From Promethearchaeota archaeon (GTDB lineage: Archaea > Asgardarchaeota > Lokiarchaeia > Sigyniarchaeales > SOKP01): a stretch of 64,000 nucleotides of DNA. The position numbers and the translations under genes are program-made. Shown here piece after piece: positions 62,141-64,000 of the stretch (position 1 is its first letter; each line of letters begins with the position of its first letter). Location of the stretch: NCBI GenBank assembly GCA_016839555.1, contig JAEOUA010000009.1, positions 61,221-125,220 of the forward strand. The letters run 5' to 3'. The notes beneath the pieces were generated by a model. That model did not search any database, was not told the DNA's origin, and was given only the letters and a program-made list of their open reading frames with translations.

Positions 62141-64000
62141 TTATAGCGATGAATTATCTTTATAGTATTCTATCTCAAGATTAGGAAAAATTCTTTTTTT
62201 ACTACCATCCCGCTTTCTATATACCAGTCCTAATTCAAGTAATTTATCAATATGATATTGAATCGTCTTTCGATGTATTTTAAGCTTATTAGTAATCTTT
62301 TTATTCCATATTCCAGGATCTTCTTCAATCATTTCTAATACTTTCAGCGTAAGTTCACTTTTTTGAAGTGTTAAATCAATATTGGATAATGGATTTTTGG
62401 AATAATAAGGAATAAATATTAAATAATTTCCTACTCTCTGTTTCTTTATAACTTTATATGTTTCTAGGATATCTAAATGCCATACTAAATTACCTGGCGC
62501 TAATTCTGTTTTACGAAGTAAGTCATTAAAATGAATTCCTGGCTCTTCCAAAATAGCATCGATAATTCTCTTGCGATTTTCATTTTCAAGTACCTCCTCA
62601 ATGGTTAATCGATGAGCCCCAGTATTGATCGAAATGGAACGGTTTTTTATATATTTAATATAAGCTTTTCTTGAGATCACAATAATAATTGAAAGAAAAA
62701 AGATTATAGTAATACCCCCTACTAAAGTTAAAAACCAATTCCTTTTTGGTTGCTCTTTTTGGAATCTAGGTAATTCAGGAAGACTCGGAGGAACAAATAC
62801 AGTAAATGTCGGATCTTGGTTAATTGATGTGCCATTCCATTCTGGGAAGCATGTTAAATAATAAAATTCATTTTTCAAGAATTGTGGTACCACAGCGAGA
62901 GCCACTAATAACCCAGTCAGGTCGTTTTTGGCTGCTCTGGCAACAAAGAGAGCAATATTCCATATAGCCAGCCAATCGATAATTTTCGTGATATTTGTTT
63001 TCACTAAATCATTTGCCAAAACTCTCGTAGGGGCAGGATATTCATTGACTCCATCTAAAGTATAATTAGGTTTCGAAGCAAAATCGATTTTATAGACCAC
63101 TTCTCCATTTTCATTATAATTGGCTTGCGTAATATTATCATTAATATCTCCTAAGATGAGATTTCCATCTTGATCGGTAAAATTTTTAATTCCAGAGTTA
63201 TCAAAGTCGGGGATCTCAATTAAACCAAAAAATATCCTAATCATTTTTACTACAGCAATATTTGCGGTATTAATAACTGCCAGTCCAAAACCTGGATTGG
63301 CTTCATTTCCAGTTAATCTATTTGATATCCCATTAGATGTATTATAATACCCTATATCTATTCCAATATTATCAAAGCTGTCACCTCCAAAAGAATTGGC
63401 AGTGGATTTATTATCGCCAATAACCCATAATTGATTCAATTTCCCTATATCATATTCCGTAGTGGTATTAACTTCTCTATATCCATTAACCATCCTGCTA
63501 GTGATGGTAAAAGTGAAATTTATACTTGATATCATCGAAAAGGCGCTACAATTATTTACAATTGTAGTATTCTCAACATTCTGATTCAATCCTTCTTCAA
63601 TTTTTAAATCTTGCCATAAAATAAAGATATTTTGATAGGACATTCCAAATTCATAGGTACCTGGTGATGTTTCATTCATGGGAATTGGCGTGGCTGTCCC
63701 TTTTGTGGTATTATCAATCCAAAACCACTCAGGAACTCCTGTTGCTTCGAACCAAGAATTAAGTATAAATTTATGAAGTTCAGAAAATTGAGGCCAGCCT
63801 ATGTAGAGTGAGTCATTTTCATCAGGTAAATCTGGAATTCCTGCAGGACCACTATCTTGATATGCTAAAAGCCCCAGAAATTTATTTAAGATAAAGACGT
63901 GAGTATTGGTGGTGGGAACTCGGAAATGCTGTAAGAAATATTGGTAAGGAGCACATCCATATGCTATATCATTGCCTGCATCCCATGTGTAATTTTGCAT
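62141..64000 (-). CDS. Membrane-anchored protein with large extracellular region, TM helix and C-terminal tandem wHTH (5' end outside the window)
   Basis: N/T-rich region with many N-x-S/T sequons, a TM helix (WFLTLVGGITIIFFLSIIIVI), then two wHTH units (NRKRII..I...PGIHF..L; VLEMI...PGIW...I...L). Confidence 0.8.
   Translation of the reverse strand: MQNYTWDAGNDIAYGCAPYQYFLQHFRVPTTNTHVFILNKFLGLLAYQDSGPAGIPDLPDENDSLYIGWPQFSELHKFILNSWFEATGVPEWFWIDNTTKGTATPIPMNETSPGTYEFGMSYQNIFILWQDLKIEEGLNQNVENTTIVNNCSAFSMISSINFTFTITSRMVNGYREVNTTTEYDIGKLNQLWVIGDNKSTANSFGGDSFDNIGIDIGYYNTSNGISNRLTGNEANPGFGLAVINTANIAVVKMIRIFFGLIEIPDFDNSGIKNFTDQDGNLILGDINDNITQANYNENGEVVYKIDFASKPNYTLDGVNEYPAPTRVLANDLVKTNITKIIDWLAIWNIALFVARAAKNDLTGLLVALAVVPQFLKNEFYYLTCFPEWNGTSINQDPTFTVFVPPSLPELPRFQKEQPKRNWFLTLVGGITIIFFLSIIIVISRKAYIKYIKNRSISINTGAHRLTIEEVLENENRKRIIDAILEEPGIHFNDLLRKTELAPGNLVWHLDILETYKVIKKQRVGNYLIFIPYYSKNPLSNIDLTLQKSELTLKVLEMIEEDPGIWNKKITNKLKIHRKTIQYHIDKLLELGLVYRKRDGSKKRIFPNLEIEYYKDNSSL

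Overview
AT-rich archaeal chromosomal window, most consistent with an Asgard archaeon of the Lokiarchaeia type. The evidence is an archaeal TFB, Hdr/Vhu genes, a selenoprotein followed by a eukaryote-style SECIS hairpin, and an ESCRT-II EAP30-like protein. Gene content is mostly metabolic: Vhu [NiFe(Se)] hydrogenase with HdrBC, a second HdrCBA cluster, HdrD-like protein, ADP-forming acyl-CoA ligases, a complete acetone carboxylase-like operon, 2-oxoacid:ferredoxin oxidoreductase, GH2 beta-galactosidase and UDP-glucose dehydrogenase. There is also a HEPN-MNT pair, an AAA+/vWA pair and one ISH3/IS4-like element. The ORF track misses the most interesting signals. (1) A ~300-nt minus-strand ncRNA at 15508-15805 has three K-turn-capped H/ACA hairpins, one of them nested between C and D boxes. 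Two pockets are complementary to conserved 23S peptidyl-transferase-centre sequences, and one predicts the site equivalent to yeast Psi2865 (snR46). (2) A UGA-containing VhuU selenoprotein has a candidate SECIS whose core overlaps its own stop codon. (3) Three tandem ribbon-helix-helix micro-paralogues. (4) Two genes that apparently start at ATT or ATA. (5) An in-frame TAG in an acyl-CoA ligase gene. All folds and rRNA targets were derived by eye and from recalled consensus rRNA sequence, so they need computational confirmation.
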